In this document: positions 52,701-62,300 of the stretch, one piece after another
Layout: every line of letters starts with the position of its first letter
How positions within the stretch are numbered: the stretch's first letter is position 1
Origin: Antedon mediterranea
Taxonomy: Eukaryota > Animalia > Echinodermata
Length of the DNA stretch: 64,000 nucleotides
NCBI RefSeq assembly: GCF_964355755.1
Contig: NC_092674.1
Coordinates: forward strand, 14,446,001 to 14,510,000
Direction: 5' to 3'
Notes under the pieces: model-generated
Database searches by the model: none
Told to the model about the DNA's origin: nothing
What the model saw: the letters and a program-made list of their open reading frames with translations, nothing else
Translations under genes and position numbers: made by a program

Positions 52701-55700
52701 TTAAAACTGTCACTGTCATAATCGATTGAAATATTAAAGTACATGTCACGATACACCACTACGACGTTTATTTTATTGGTAATTATTAATTAATACAAAC
52801 GTTGAGAAGGAACTGTCAGTATAAAGTTTATTTGTATATAATAATGTGTTTATATATCTATCAGTAGATCCTATCCACAATCTCAGTAATAAAGTTTATC
52901 TGTATATATTTTTATATTACATCTAACAGTACGAACATTCACAGTAAGAAATGTTCGATTCAAATGAGGACTAAAAATAGTTAATAGGTATTTACAGTAT
53001 TGTCAAAGTATTGCAAGTTTATTCTCAAAGGGCCCATATATTTACCTACCGTATGTGTTAAACCAAGGGCTCATAAATTTACCTACTTGTGTTAAACCAA
53101 ACTCTGGCAGACTGAGAGATTGGGATGTTCCATTCATCGCAAATCAATACATTTGTATAATCATATATTAAATCTATCAAAATAGTATTTTTTTAAAGAA
53201 AATCGGCCTGTCTTCAACATTATGATGGTGTACTCTAGCTGTTCAACCGGTTTTCAGCTATTATAAATATACTATAAACAATTATCGTAGGAGGAGATAG
53301 GAAAATGCGAAGCCTCCTCGCATTTTTGTGGCGGGTAGTTTTCAAGATGGACATCCATTAGACAGTGTATACCACGATCGGAAAACACCCCTATTTGGGG
53401 CAAATCGAACCTAAATTCGTTTTAATCGTCAATACCTAATTATCTAACTTAATTTAATTAGTAAACAGGGTTACATCAGGTGGTTAAAATCAGTACCGAA
53501 AGTACGAACCAACTTTATATACCATCGAGTACAAATTCTAGAAGTAAGGCGTGATTTACCGAATTTTGCCCTTACGTAAATTTATATATAGACTAGATGG
53601 TACGCTCGCTTCGCTCGCGTACCATCTAGGTCGTGCCCACAGATGGTTTTCGAATACACAGTAATTTCAGTGTAAAAAAATGCTTTTTTTAATGTACGTA
53701 CTGCAGGACGATAATAGTTATTATTGTTTACAGAAACGAATAAATAGACACGATGATTTATGTATTAAACTGAAAGTAGCACACTGGGAATTACTTCCGA
53801 AAGAGAAACTTGTCACAAAATGAGTCCAAATTTGTTATTTGGACTCATTTAAACAAACCCAATTTGTGTTTTGTGTGTAACATTAGGGTTGATAGATGGG
53901 GAAGAGGATATGGGTACAAAGAAGAACAATGTTTTAATATATTCTTTATCTACTCAGTAACGAAATATTTGTCATGTTTGATAGGCCTATAAATAATATA
54001 CAACTGGATACAGTAACACATTTGCGATTTAATACTTTGTTAAAACTGTCAGTTATAGTCCATTGAAATAGCATGTACATGTAACGATACACGTACCACT
54101 ACAACGTTTATATTCTTTGTAATTATTAATTAATACAAACGTTGAGAAGCAACTGTCAGTAGTACAGTTTATTTGTATATTGTAAGTTTTATATAACAGT
54201 AGGGCCTACTGAGTCACAGGCCTATAAATAATATACCACTTGATACAGTAACACATTTGCGACTTAATACTTTGTTAAAACTGTCACTGTCATAGTCGAT
54301 TGAAATAGCATAGTACATGTAACGATACACGTACCACTACAACGTTTATATTCTTTGTAATTATTAATTAATACAAACGTTGAGAAGCAACTGTCAGTAC
54401 TACAGTTTATTTGTATATTGTACGTTCTATATAACAGTAGGGCCTACACTCACAGTAATACGTTTATTTGTACATGATTGTGTTATACATATAACAGTAC
54501 CCACACTCACAGTAAATTCAATGGCGACCACAAATGTTAATACGTATTTACAGTAATGTCCAAGTATTGCAATACTATATCTATATATAGGTTTTAGGTT
54601 AATTCCCCAAGGGCCAATAAATTTACCTACAGCTGGTGGTACTTGTGTTAAAGCAAAGAGTTATTATTGGAATGTTCCATTCATCGGAAATCAGTACGTT
54701 TGTATAAATGTATATAAAATCTATCAAAATAGTATGTTTTTAAGAAAATAGGTCTGTCTTCAACATTATGATGCTGTACTCGAGCTGTTCAACCGGTTTT
54801 CATCCATTAAAAAACAATTATCGTAGGAGGAGATAGGAAAATGCGAAGCATCCTCGTACTATTGTATGCGGGTATTTTTCAAGATAGACATGCATTGGAC
54901 AGTGTATACCACAATCGGAAGAACACCCCTATTTGGGGCAAATCGTTGAACCTAAATTCGTTTTAATTGTCAATAACTAATTATCGAACTCCATTTAATT
55001 AGTAAACAGGGTTACATCAGGTGGTTAAATCAGTATCGAAAGTACGAACCAACTTTATATACCATCGAGTAAACATTCTAGAAGTAAGGCGCGATTTACC
55101 GAATTTTGCCCTTACGTAAATTTATATATAGAAGAGAAAAACCATGCACTACCTAAGTAACTCGCGTCAAATGTTCTCTCGTTTATGCTTAGCTTAGCAT
55201 TCTATTATTTATAGCGGGCCGCTTAAATTATTATAATGAGCGAATAAGTAAATGAGTGGATAGATGGATGGTTGGTGGATGAATGGATGGATAAATGGAT
55301 GGATGAAGAGATAAATGGATAGATAGATGGATGGATTGATATATGGATGGATGGATTAACTGAAAGAGAAATGAAAGGGATAGCTATGATTAACAAATGA
55401 AAATAAATATTCGGAAATAAAAGAAGAAGTATTAAATAGAGAAGTATAGAGAAAGAATACTGTCATGGACCTGACAAATGGCAGATGACAAGATAGACAA
55501 GTTCAATGTTTATTGTATGTGCTAAATAACGTTTTGTCTTTGCTGATCGTTCTCCATCTTATGATGCTTTTATGTTTGTCATGATTGAAATAAAGATTGA
55601 TTGACTAAGAGTCATAACACTCATAATGCAGGCTGCGTGCGTTGTATATCTTTATCGTGCATTTAAAACTGTATTTAACGCCCATTTGGTTATAATGACC

Positions 55701-56770
55701 TGAGTATGAGATGTCTAGGGCCGGGGTAAGAATAATGTTCTTCGGCTACATAATGCTACATAATAAGCATTTCTTTGAGTCAAGACAAACTAGGCAATCC
55801 AAGTGATACTCATTCTTTCTAATATTCTTTGCATGTGGTTGCCTGATATTAATTACTTTTTTTGTCTTGCCATTGAATGATACATTTAATTAAGATACTC
55901 TTAGGTAAATAAAGCTTGATTCTAGACGCAACGTAATGCAAATCCGTTGATCAAACACAAACGTTCGGGCGATATATCACGTCGTAATTAGTCAAATTAC
56001 TCCTAGTGGTACGCGTTTGTTCTTATGTGCATCCTAGTGGGAACCAACCGTTAGAAATATTTATTTATTTATTTCAGTAGGGTAGTCCTATCAGTAATTA
56101 AATAAAAACTGCCCTACGACACATTTAAACATAATTTTAAAACAACTTATACTAAACTTAAACTAAAACTTCAAAGTATGTTTTCATTGTTAATTATAAA
56201 ATTTTATAAAATGTTTTATTATTTTTGACTACACCCATCCTAAATCACCTGCAAAAATTAACTTAAATGAAGCTTAACAAGTGTTTTACGGTTATAATTG
56301 TTTTGTTTTCTTAACTCATAAGGTAGGCCATTACAGAGTAAACTTCCATAATACACACAATTACGTTTGTATATTTCGGGTTTACATCTGGGCAAATACA
56401 ACAAAGTTTCTAGTTGGAATATCGTGTACACTACTAGTATATTGCAAACCATCACATAAGTATGAAGGACATCTAAAAATATGCGATATAGAAGTAAGTT
56501 TTATTTATATAAGTAAGTGTTAATCATGTACGTTTTCAACTGTAAATTTGTTATTGGTATTAGTAAATAGAAACACTATTTATTAATTTATTTATTTATT
56601 TAAGTTATTTATGTTATGTGTTTAGGCCCATGTGGCCAAGGATTAACAATAGTAAATTAATGTCTTACCAGGAATCTGGTAATAAAAAAATTCGAATTAC
56701 CTTGCGTCAGAATACCTCGGAAAAAGTTGAGTATAAAAAGCAACAGTTCAATCCTCGTTGAAGAAGTCAT
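19466..56770 (-). CDS. Giant multidomain GRL101/RXFP-like (type C) leucine-rich-repeat GPCR, 35 exons, about 2005 aa
   Basis: Exons (5'->3'): 56770-56701 SP; 51288-51154, 46032-45946, 45500-45285 FTP; 45067-44969 Cys-rich; 44828-44721, 43823-43719, 43551-43444, 42238-42149 LDLa; 41899-41639 + 37227-37105 CTLD; 37011-36703, 36328-36023 SRCR; 35127-34780, 34565-34161 CUB; 33899-33684, 33314-33224, 33126-32975 CTLD; 32785-32723 linker; 31680-31567, 31357-31247, 30673-30557, 30388-30275, 30057-29911, 29733-29617, 29432-29316 LDLa; 28474-28366 LRRNT; 28102-27989, 27742-27671, 27418-27347, 26639-26568, 24510-24442 LRR; 22084-21069 hinge+7TM; 20750-20551, 19630-19466 tail. All GT-AG and phase-compatible; sum 6018 nt. 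Confidence 0.85.
21069..22084 (-). CDS. Receptor exon 33: hinge plus rhodopsin-class 7TM domain
   Basis: Hinge QFCC..C..SSCEDL; GN (TM1), [10 protein letters not shown] (TM2), SIDRA (TM3), VCLSLP (ECL2), TDFCCWFP (TM6), [11 protein letters not shown] (TM7); donor TCAG|GTTAGT. Confidence 0.95.
22133..24255. mobile_element. Foldback / long inverted-repeat DNA element (2.1 kb) in receptor intron 32
   Basis: Termini gctagtcaatctagc / gctagattgactagc flanked by TA on both sides; roughly 1-kb arms built of ~350-bp subrepeats switch orientation near 23370. Confidence 0.8.
24442..28474 (-). CDS. Receptor exons 27-32: LRRNT and LRR repeats
   Basis: [14 protein letters not shown] cap; 72/69-nt phase-2 exons [44 protein letters not shown]. 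Confidence 0.88.
24886..26443 (+). mobile_element. Non-autonomous Helitron family A, full-length with internal ~260-bp tandem duplication
   Basis: A|TCTATATAT...CCATCTAG|T; terminal hairpin 26407-26443; duplicated block about 25341-25602 / 25603-25862. Confidence 0.9.
26712..27271. repeat. 44-bp tandem minisatellite, about 12-13 nearly identical units
   Basis: ggaacagcaaagccacacattgcataccggtaatttata(t/a)taaa repeated head-to-tail with no spacers. Confidence 0.95.
28514..29145 (+). mobile_element. Candidate solo LTR
   Basis: TG...CA ends; flanks TTATG/TTATA (imperfect 5-bp TSD); TATA-like ctatttaag at about 28721; AATAAA at about 29077; three internal 27-bp repeats. Confidence 0.4.
29316..31680 (-). 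CDS. Receptor exons 20-26: seven LDLa modules
   Basis: Phase-1 exons such as [35 protein letters not shown]; includes the GRL101-type atypical module C..D....[10 protein letters not shown] followed by KCPGSYCI. Confidence 0.9.
31725..32604. mobile_element. MITE with about 40-bp imperfect TIRs (PIF/Harbinger-like)
   Basis: agggactttacgcaacaggac..gaggacggta vs taccgtcctc..gtcctgttgcataaagccct. Confidence 0.7.
32723..37227 (-). CDS. Receptor exons 11-19: CTLD1 C-half, two SRCR, two CUB, CTLD2, linker
   Basis: [18 protein letters not shown]; [30 protein letters not shown]; [31 protein letters not shown]; [22 protein letters not shown]. Confidence 0.9.
35200..35410 (-). mobile_element. tRNA-headed SINE remnant with Deu/Nin-like core
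   Basis: Minus strand: GGGTTCGAGTC B-box, then tccttcggctgggatgtaaagccgttggtcccgtg..gcacgttaaag. Confidence 0.5.
38214..41545 (+). mobile_element. CR1-group (Crack/Daphne-like) LINE ORF2 (APE endonuclease + RT), inactivated by two in-frame stops
   Basis: NIQS, IQESWL, IYRPP, GDTN, TLIDNF, SDHQP; [34 protein letters not shown]; C-terminal CYIQNCYIC. The two ORFs share one frame, separated by TAA 39279 and TAA 39297. AATAAA and (gacttgt)n tail at about 41506-41545. Confidence 0.93.
41639..45067 (-). CDS. Receptor exons 5-10: Cys-rich segment, four LDLa modules, CTLD1 N-half
   Basis: [35 protein letters not shown] and similar; [26 protein letters not shown]. Confidence 0.88.
42860..43420 (-). 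mobile_element. Highly degraded CR1-like LINE fragment
   Basis: Scattered remnants on the minus strand (FRAV/GFR-like, ILP.IQ.-like) with many frameshifts. Confidence 0.3.
45285..51288 (-). CDS. Receptor exons 2-4: fucolectin/F5-8-type (FTP) domain
   Basis: [17 protein letters not shown] | [12 protein letters not shown] | [22 protein letters not shown]. Confidence 0.88.
46243..46283 (+). ncRNA. Minimal type I hammerhead ribozyme (copy 1)
   Basis: gua CUGAUGA agggc-ugguguu-gccc GAAA GCUC ugc. Confidence 0.65.
46756..46797 (+). ncRNA. Minimal type I hammerhead ribozyme (copy 2)
   Basis: uugca CUGAUGA agggc-uaguguu-gccc GAAAGCUC ugcuaa: stem I gca/ugc, stem II gggc/gccc, palindromic AGCU in place of stem III. 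Confidence 0.7.
46983..50021 (+). mobile_element. RTE-clade non-LTR retrotransposon with uninterrupted APE+RT ORF (first ATG 47098, stop 50009)
   Basis: TFNVRTL, IQEHR, GDFNA, LDYLL, SDHRIV; [30 protein letters not shown]; (TAG)n tail; 13-bp TSD TAATTTGAAACGA at 46970-46982 and 50022-50034. Confidence 0.95.
50417..50488 (+). pseudogene. tRNA-like cloverleaf within a repeat (anticodon position ACC)
   Basis: Acceptor GCCCCAG/TTGGGGC; A-box TGGTCTAATGG; anticodon stem TCTGC/GCAGG; T arm CCGAG-TTCGAGT-CTCGG. Confidence 0.7.
50661..50732 (-). pseudogene. Second tRNA-like cloverleaf (anticodon position ATC)
   Basis: Inverted near-identical copy of 50417-50488. Confidence 0.7.
52292..53592 (-). 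mobile_element. Helitron family A copy with clipped 3' hairpin
   Basis: Begins gtaccatctaggtcgtgcc, ends tttatatataga; colinear with 2466-3772. Confidence 0.85.
53593..55132 (-). mobile_element. Helitron family A copy (diverged, internal ~235-bp duplication), head-to-tail with the previous copy
   Basis: CTAG hairpin at 53593-53629; TC terminus at 55132; duplicated block about 53984-54208 / 54218-54447. Confidence 0.85.
55255..55356. repeat. (GGAT)n-like degenerate microsatellite
   Basis: Runs of ggatggat/agat. Confidence 0.8.
55911..56052. mobile_element. Short MITE (related copies at about 51050-51126, 56945-57093, 58005-58112)
   Basis: Imperfect TIRs aaagcttgattc..tag / ctagtgggaaccaacc shared between copies. 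Confidence 0.5.
56240..56480 (-). mobile_element. Degraded CR1-like LINE 3' fragment
   Basis: [31 protein letters not shown] resembles the CR1 ORF2 C-terminus (G..LWN.LP). Confidence 0.5.
56701..56770 (-). CDS. Receptor exon 1: signal peptide
   Basis: aac[27 protein letters not shown]|GTAATT; phase-1 donor matches exon 2. Confidence 0.7.
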
Positions 56771-57093
56771 GTTGAACTTGTTGACACACGGTGATTTTCT
56801 ACATTAGTGACGTGCATGTAACTAATCATCGGGCCTTCATTTCAATCTTAATTTCCATTCATTAAAACTGAATCGTAATAAAATGTGATGGCGTCCTACA
56901 TTGTATACGATGGAAGTGATTGTCATATTAAGATAGATCACTTTCTTCCAATCACCCCACTAGAACTCCAAGGCAAGAGGTAAACGCAATACAAGTGATT
57001 TGACCAATCACAGTCGATGGATTACTCGAACTGTCGCTCGTTGCTTGTCTTGAGCTTTAGTCCTTGTGTTATGTCCTAGTGCGAATCAAGCTT
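56771..57093 (-). promoter_or_regulatory. Putative proximal promoter of the receptor
   Basis: Immediately upstream of the ATG; TGACGT CRE-like element at about 56808; CCAATCA at about 56948 and 57004. Confidence 0.3.
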
Positions 57094-57416
57094 TCATTAC
57101 CCCTTTTACCTACTTTAACTGAAACTTTTGTATACCATTTGTTGTACTTTGTAAAATACTACAAGTCAATGTTGTACACCTAATAATTTAGGCATAGCCT
57201 AATCACTTCGAGAGGAAAAGACACATGTTTTGTTGTATTCTTTCTTCGTTGTCTGTGGAATAGCGTGGGCTTTCATATCGCGTTGGTTTGTCTATTGATA
57301 TTATTATAAGAAAGATTTAGAGATAGATACATTAAAATAATAATAAATGATAATAATTATATGTATTTGTTTAATACCGGTTTTCATTCATTATTACATT
57401 TATATTCTTCAATAAC

Positions 57417-57800
57417 AATAAATACATAAGATAAATACATAAGATAAATACATAAGATAAATACATAAGATAAATACATAAGATAAATACATAAGATAAA
57501 TACATAAGATAAATACATAAGATAAATACATAAGATAAATACATAAGATAAATACATAAGATAAATACATAAGATAAATACATAAGATAAATACATAAGA
57601 TAAATACATAAGATAAATACATAAGATAAATACATAAGATAAATACATAAGATAAATACATAAGATAAATACATAAGATAAATACATAAGATAAATACAT
57701 AAGATAAATACATAAGATAAATACATAAGATAAATACATAAGATAAATACATAAGATAAATACATAAGATAAATACATAAGATAAATACATAAGATAAAT
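57417..57800. repeat. Perfect 13-bp tandem repeat (ataaatacataag), about 29 units
   Basis: Direct repetition; explains the periodic spurious ORFs at 57371-57839. Confidence 0.97.
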
Positions 57801-60800
57801 ATTACAAAAAGCTGAATGGAAATGAGTAATTAGAATCAAAAAAACTTTATAAAAAATATTTCAAAAAATGCTAAAAATGAAAACAAACGTTATTAGAAAA
57901 CAGAGATACATTTTTTTTTAAATTGATGTAGATTTCGAAAAGAATATAAAGAAATAAGCTGAAATAAAATAAATATTTCAAGTGACCAGGTTTAGCCTTC
58001 TTTTAGGCTTGGATGGAAGACAAGAACGTAGCCAGCGTGTTGAATAATTACAATATCCCATCGCTTTTCATTAATCAAATCACTTACGTTTGCGTCTCTA
58101 GTGGGTACCGTTTCGTTGAAACAATCCGTCGCGCACTATTAATTTAGCTATGGAATAGATTTGTTGGTACTTTGTTAGGCCTAGATGTATACTGATTGGG
58201 GAATTCTGGTAATTGTGTATTGAATCCCAGATCGTATTTCTAAAATAGTCTATATTGTGTTTTTATTCCATTCATTCTTGAACATCAAATATGAGACACT
58301 TGATTATAACTTCTGATTATAATTCCACCTGAAATGAAATCATATAACTTAATTACGTAGGCCTACCTCTCATTAGTTTTGAACAATGCAGCATACCAGT
58401 CGAATTGATGAAATTGGATATGCATATCAGTGTGCGCCCTTAAAATAGAAACTAAATTTGTTTATGAGGGTTCATAAATTCTATCGTTATTTGATACAAC
58501 AAAAGGGATTCTTTATACTTTATTCGATTTTAAATATGATGCTGTAGAAGAAAAATAGATAACATTGAATTTTTCCTTTTTTTTTCTTTCTTGGATAAAT
58601 TCAAGAAACATGTATTCATTATATATGGTCTTTGATCCAAACAATATACAATATTAAAGATATTAAATTAGAATGCATTTAACAAAAATAGGTTCTGCGT
58701 TTAAATAAAAAACGAAATAATGAAAGACATATTTTCCAAGCTTAAAAGTTTGTTTCATAAATTAGTTCAGATCAGAGTGTAGTAGAGATAAGATAAATAT
58801 ATTTATATACTTAGTTGAGTCATTTGCATGTATAATGAAACATTATTTCCTTCTAATATCTGAATAAAGTGAACAAACTATCAGTTAAGAGGTATCTTTA
58901 ATTGATTGCACAGATCATAATATTATTACAAGTATTAAGACCATTTTAATTGTTTAAATATATTTAATATAGTTTGGCTCTATGTATGTAATTGTGTGAT
59001 CCACTTTAAAAAATGCATTTTATCTAATTATTCATAATGAACATTTAAGCTCAAAAGCTTCTCCTCATGACAAAAAATAATCTTTCTTCTTTTACCTCAT
59101 GAAATATTATTTGTACGACTGCACTCATAACAATTCATCATTTGTATAATATCAATTTACTTGATGACCATACAATTTGAAAATAATAATCATTAATTAT
59201 AATATAACAGGTATTCTACCAGTACTCAGTTAAGTGAGTAGATCAATTAGAACGCCAAAGAGTCTCTAATGGTACTCTTTCTATTACTTGCGTACTGAAA
59301 TACATTTGAATAGAAAACTAATTTATTAAACAAACTCTCAATTTATATGCATCATTCAAATTCAAACCTGAACATTTCTACTTCTTAAATGTTCTAATCG
59401 TTTTTGGACATCGCGCGTCTCGCTTTTTGTTCGCCACTCTATACGAATCAGCAACTGCATATATATGTATACAATTTAAAATACTTGCCATCCATGTTGT
59501 GGTCCGTCTTTCTTTGATCTTTTTCAACGAGCCTCTCTCGATTTTATTATTATCTAATTGTTAAAACAGACTTTGAATTATGTATACAATTATTTAAACA
59601 CATAACAAACCTCAAATCAAACACATAACAAGTTTCGTTTTATCGGTGTCAATCCCAATTTTATGTTTCATCAGTCAAATTATAATTGCTCTAACTTTGA
59701 ATTATAATGATGGTAATGGCCAAATATTCTGCTGCAGTTACTGCGGTACCTAAACTATTGTTGTTCGTATGGTTTTAGTTTATTTAAATGTAAACATTTA
59801 TTGAGCAGTCACTGCAATGCATTTAGTTTTAAAAAACGTAGTTACTGTAATATAATATAATATCAATCAATGTTATGTGTATAATGATTTCTTAGATTAA
59901 GATTTTTTTGCATGGTATTCCGAAATAAAAGGGATGAATGCAAAAGTTAAGTTAAGGTAAAGTAGACTACTTCAAAATACGGCAGTATTGTTTGTATCAA
60001 GAGCACAAACAAATATGTATCAATTTTACTGGTATTCTAAGTTGTAGAAAGTGGTAATTGATACAAATTAAGTTCTTTGATTTCATTTTCGCTAGAATCA
60101 TATTACACAGGTGGTGATCCATTACAGGTACTTCGATTTAACTGGCTTTAATTGTATATCCTAAAGTCTGATTTATGAAGCAAATACATTATTAAAAAAC
60201 ATTTTTTTTTATTAATTGTTTAGGCTTAAACAGTTGTACTCTTTACGGAAAGATTGACCTATCAATTCAATAAAACTTTAGTATACGGGGGAAATTAACT
60301 TGGTTTTGGTAAACATAGATTCATTAAAAAAAAAACGTTTAAAAAGCACAAAAAAAAACAAGCACAATAATCATTATAAACATCTAAAATATGTTAAAAG
60401 AGAGGGTGAGTTGTTGAGATTAATAACTGTCTACATTTATAGTGCCATGATTGCTTGGATAAAATCGAATAGGCCTAATTAAAACAATATTAAGACAGTT
60501 CAAGTCATTTTGAATTATATACATTCCATATTTATCAACATAAAATTAAATTTAAGAATTGTATAAAATGCTACTGTATAGTTTTAAAATATGTATTTTT
60601 TAAAACCATTTTAAGTATTAAGTATTTTAACATACCAGTTTAACCTATGTACTTTCCTCATCATTGTAGGCTTATGTTGTCTTATTTAAAGAAATGTATT
60701 AGGTTGTGCATGATACAATCAACCAGGCCTTGCCAATGTTTGTCGAAAAATGGAAAATTGATGTTGTGCATGTAATCATCCCGTCATGTCGCAGCCACAT

Positions 60801-61503
60801 ATAAACTACAGGGCATAATCCTACTTGTCGACATAAATGCAGATCTGATCATTTTTACGACTTTCCGATTGTTGGCAAGTAGGCCAAGAGACATGATGTG
60901 ATAGTGATAGTTGTGGTTCTAACAAAAGCCCAGTTCTGTCACATACTGTAAGTATATAAATATATTATTCAATTACTTTACTTACTTATTTCAATTTTTT
61001 TTTATTTATTATTTATACTCATGTGACAAGATCAGGCTTTTGATTAATTTATGTGAGTTTTTTTGAATGGGCAATGATTAGAGTGTGATATTAGTCTACC
61101 ATTGACTGACAAACCACTAACATGTAGTAAATATAAGTCAGCCGCCCTCTATTGCATTTGACAAATTATCATATCGTGTAATGTATTGGTTCGTCACTTG
61201 TTTCAAAATGATATTAATAACGAAGCCTGTTTTAGACCTAGTCTTGGTTTGTTAAATTGTTAATATTATTCTATTTACTACTGTTTCTCTAAGAGGGTAT
61301 TAACACAAATAAAAAAACTAAATTATATGATGCTAAAAGCAAATTAGCAAATGTAATAACAAGTATATTATAGGCCTACTAGAAGTGTTTTTTTTCATTG
61401 ATGCTATTCATAGGCATTATTTATAATTATATTTCTGGAAATATTTCAATTTTAAAAGATGACTTAATTAATATAATATTGAATCCAAGTACGATCAATA
61501 GAT

Positions 61504-61532
61504 TGATGATGATGATGATGATGATGATGATG
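61504..61532. repeat. (GAT)n microsatellite
   Basis: About nine GAT units. Confidence 0.9.
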
Positions 61533-62024
61533 TTTGACTATTGTGAGCCGATCTCGAAATTACAAATGTGCTGAAACTAGCTGGAAATAGTTCAATTTAA
61601 AAGATGACAATTTATTTCAATGACGATATCCTATATTACTGACTGGTCTTCAAATCAGATTTGATCGTAATTCAAACATTAACGATTCGTAAGTATGTAA
61701 AGGTTTATTTCACTGATCTCTGACCAAAAACTCAGTTGGTGTCACTGCATTTAATATGTGAGGGAACAGGTGAAGTTGCGATGATATTTTGAGAACAACC
61801 TTCGTGCAAACATGAAAACGGATTAAAGTCAAACGAAGCACCGGTAGCAAGTGATAAATAAATAATCTAAGGGTTTGTAAAAACAATGTTAAAGAGGTAT
61901 ATACCGTACTATCTCATTGCAGTTGTTATACCGACGCATAACATTCGGAATGGAGTCATATACATTCTCATTTGTAATGACTCTGATCATGGCATAAACG
62001 CTTTTCGTATTTAGCGTATCAATC

Positions 62025-62300
62025 ATTGTCATCATCATCGTCATCATAATCATCAGGCTGTCTCTATCCAATGTTGGATAAATTCCTCCTCCAGAAACTT
62101 CTAATTGCTTCTTCCATACGCCATTCTCGTTTTGTTAGTTGGTGATCTCATCTTTCATCTTTTCTTTGTTCCGGCATCTCTTTCTTTTATCATTTCTTGG
62201 TTGCTATTATGTGAGCATCTTGGTCCACCTATTAATCGTTAGTTATTGATTTATCCTCCCCATCTCCAAACATCTTCTATAATATTATTGATGTCTTTGG
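62025..62300 (-). mobile_element. Degraded RTE-type LINE 3' end with (GAT)n-like tail
   Basis: Minus strand WRWG..NRWTK..QPR..DEI..LEEEFIQHW followed by gatgattatgatgacgatgatg. Confidence 0.5.

Noticed and set aside
55911-57093. One transposon capturing receptor exon 1 between outer TIRs
   Set aside because: Better explained as two separate short MITEs, each with its own pair of ends.
57371-57839. Three overlapping hydrophobic ORFs (MYLSYVFILCIYL)n
   Set aside because: Translation artefact of a perfect 13-bp repeat.
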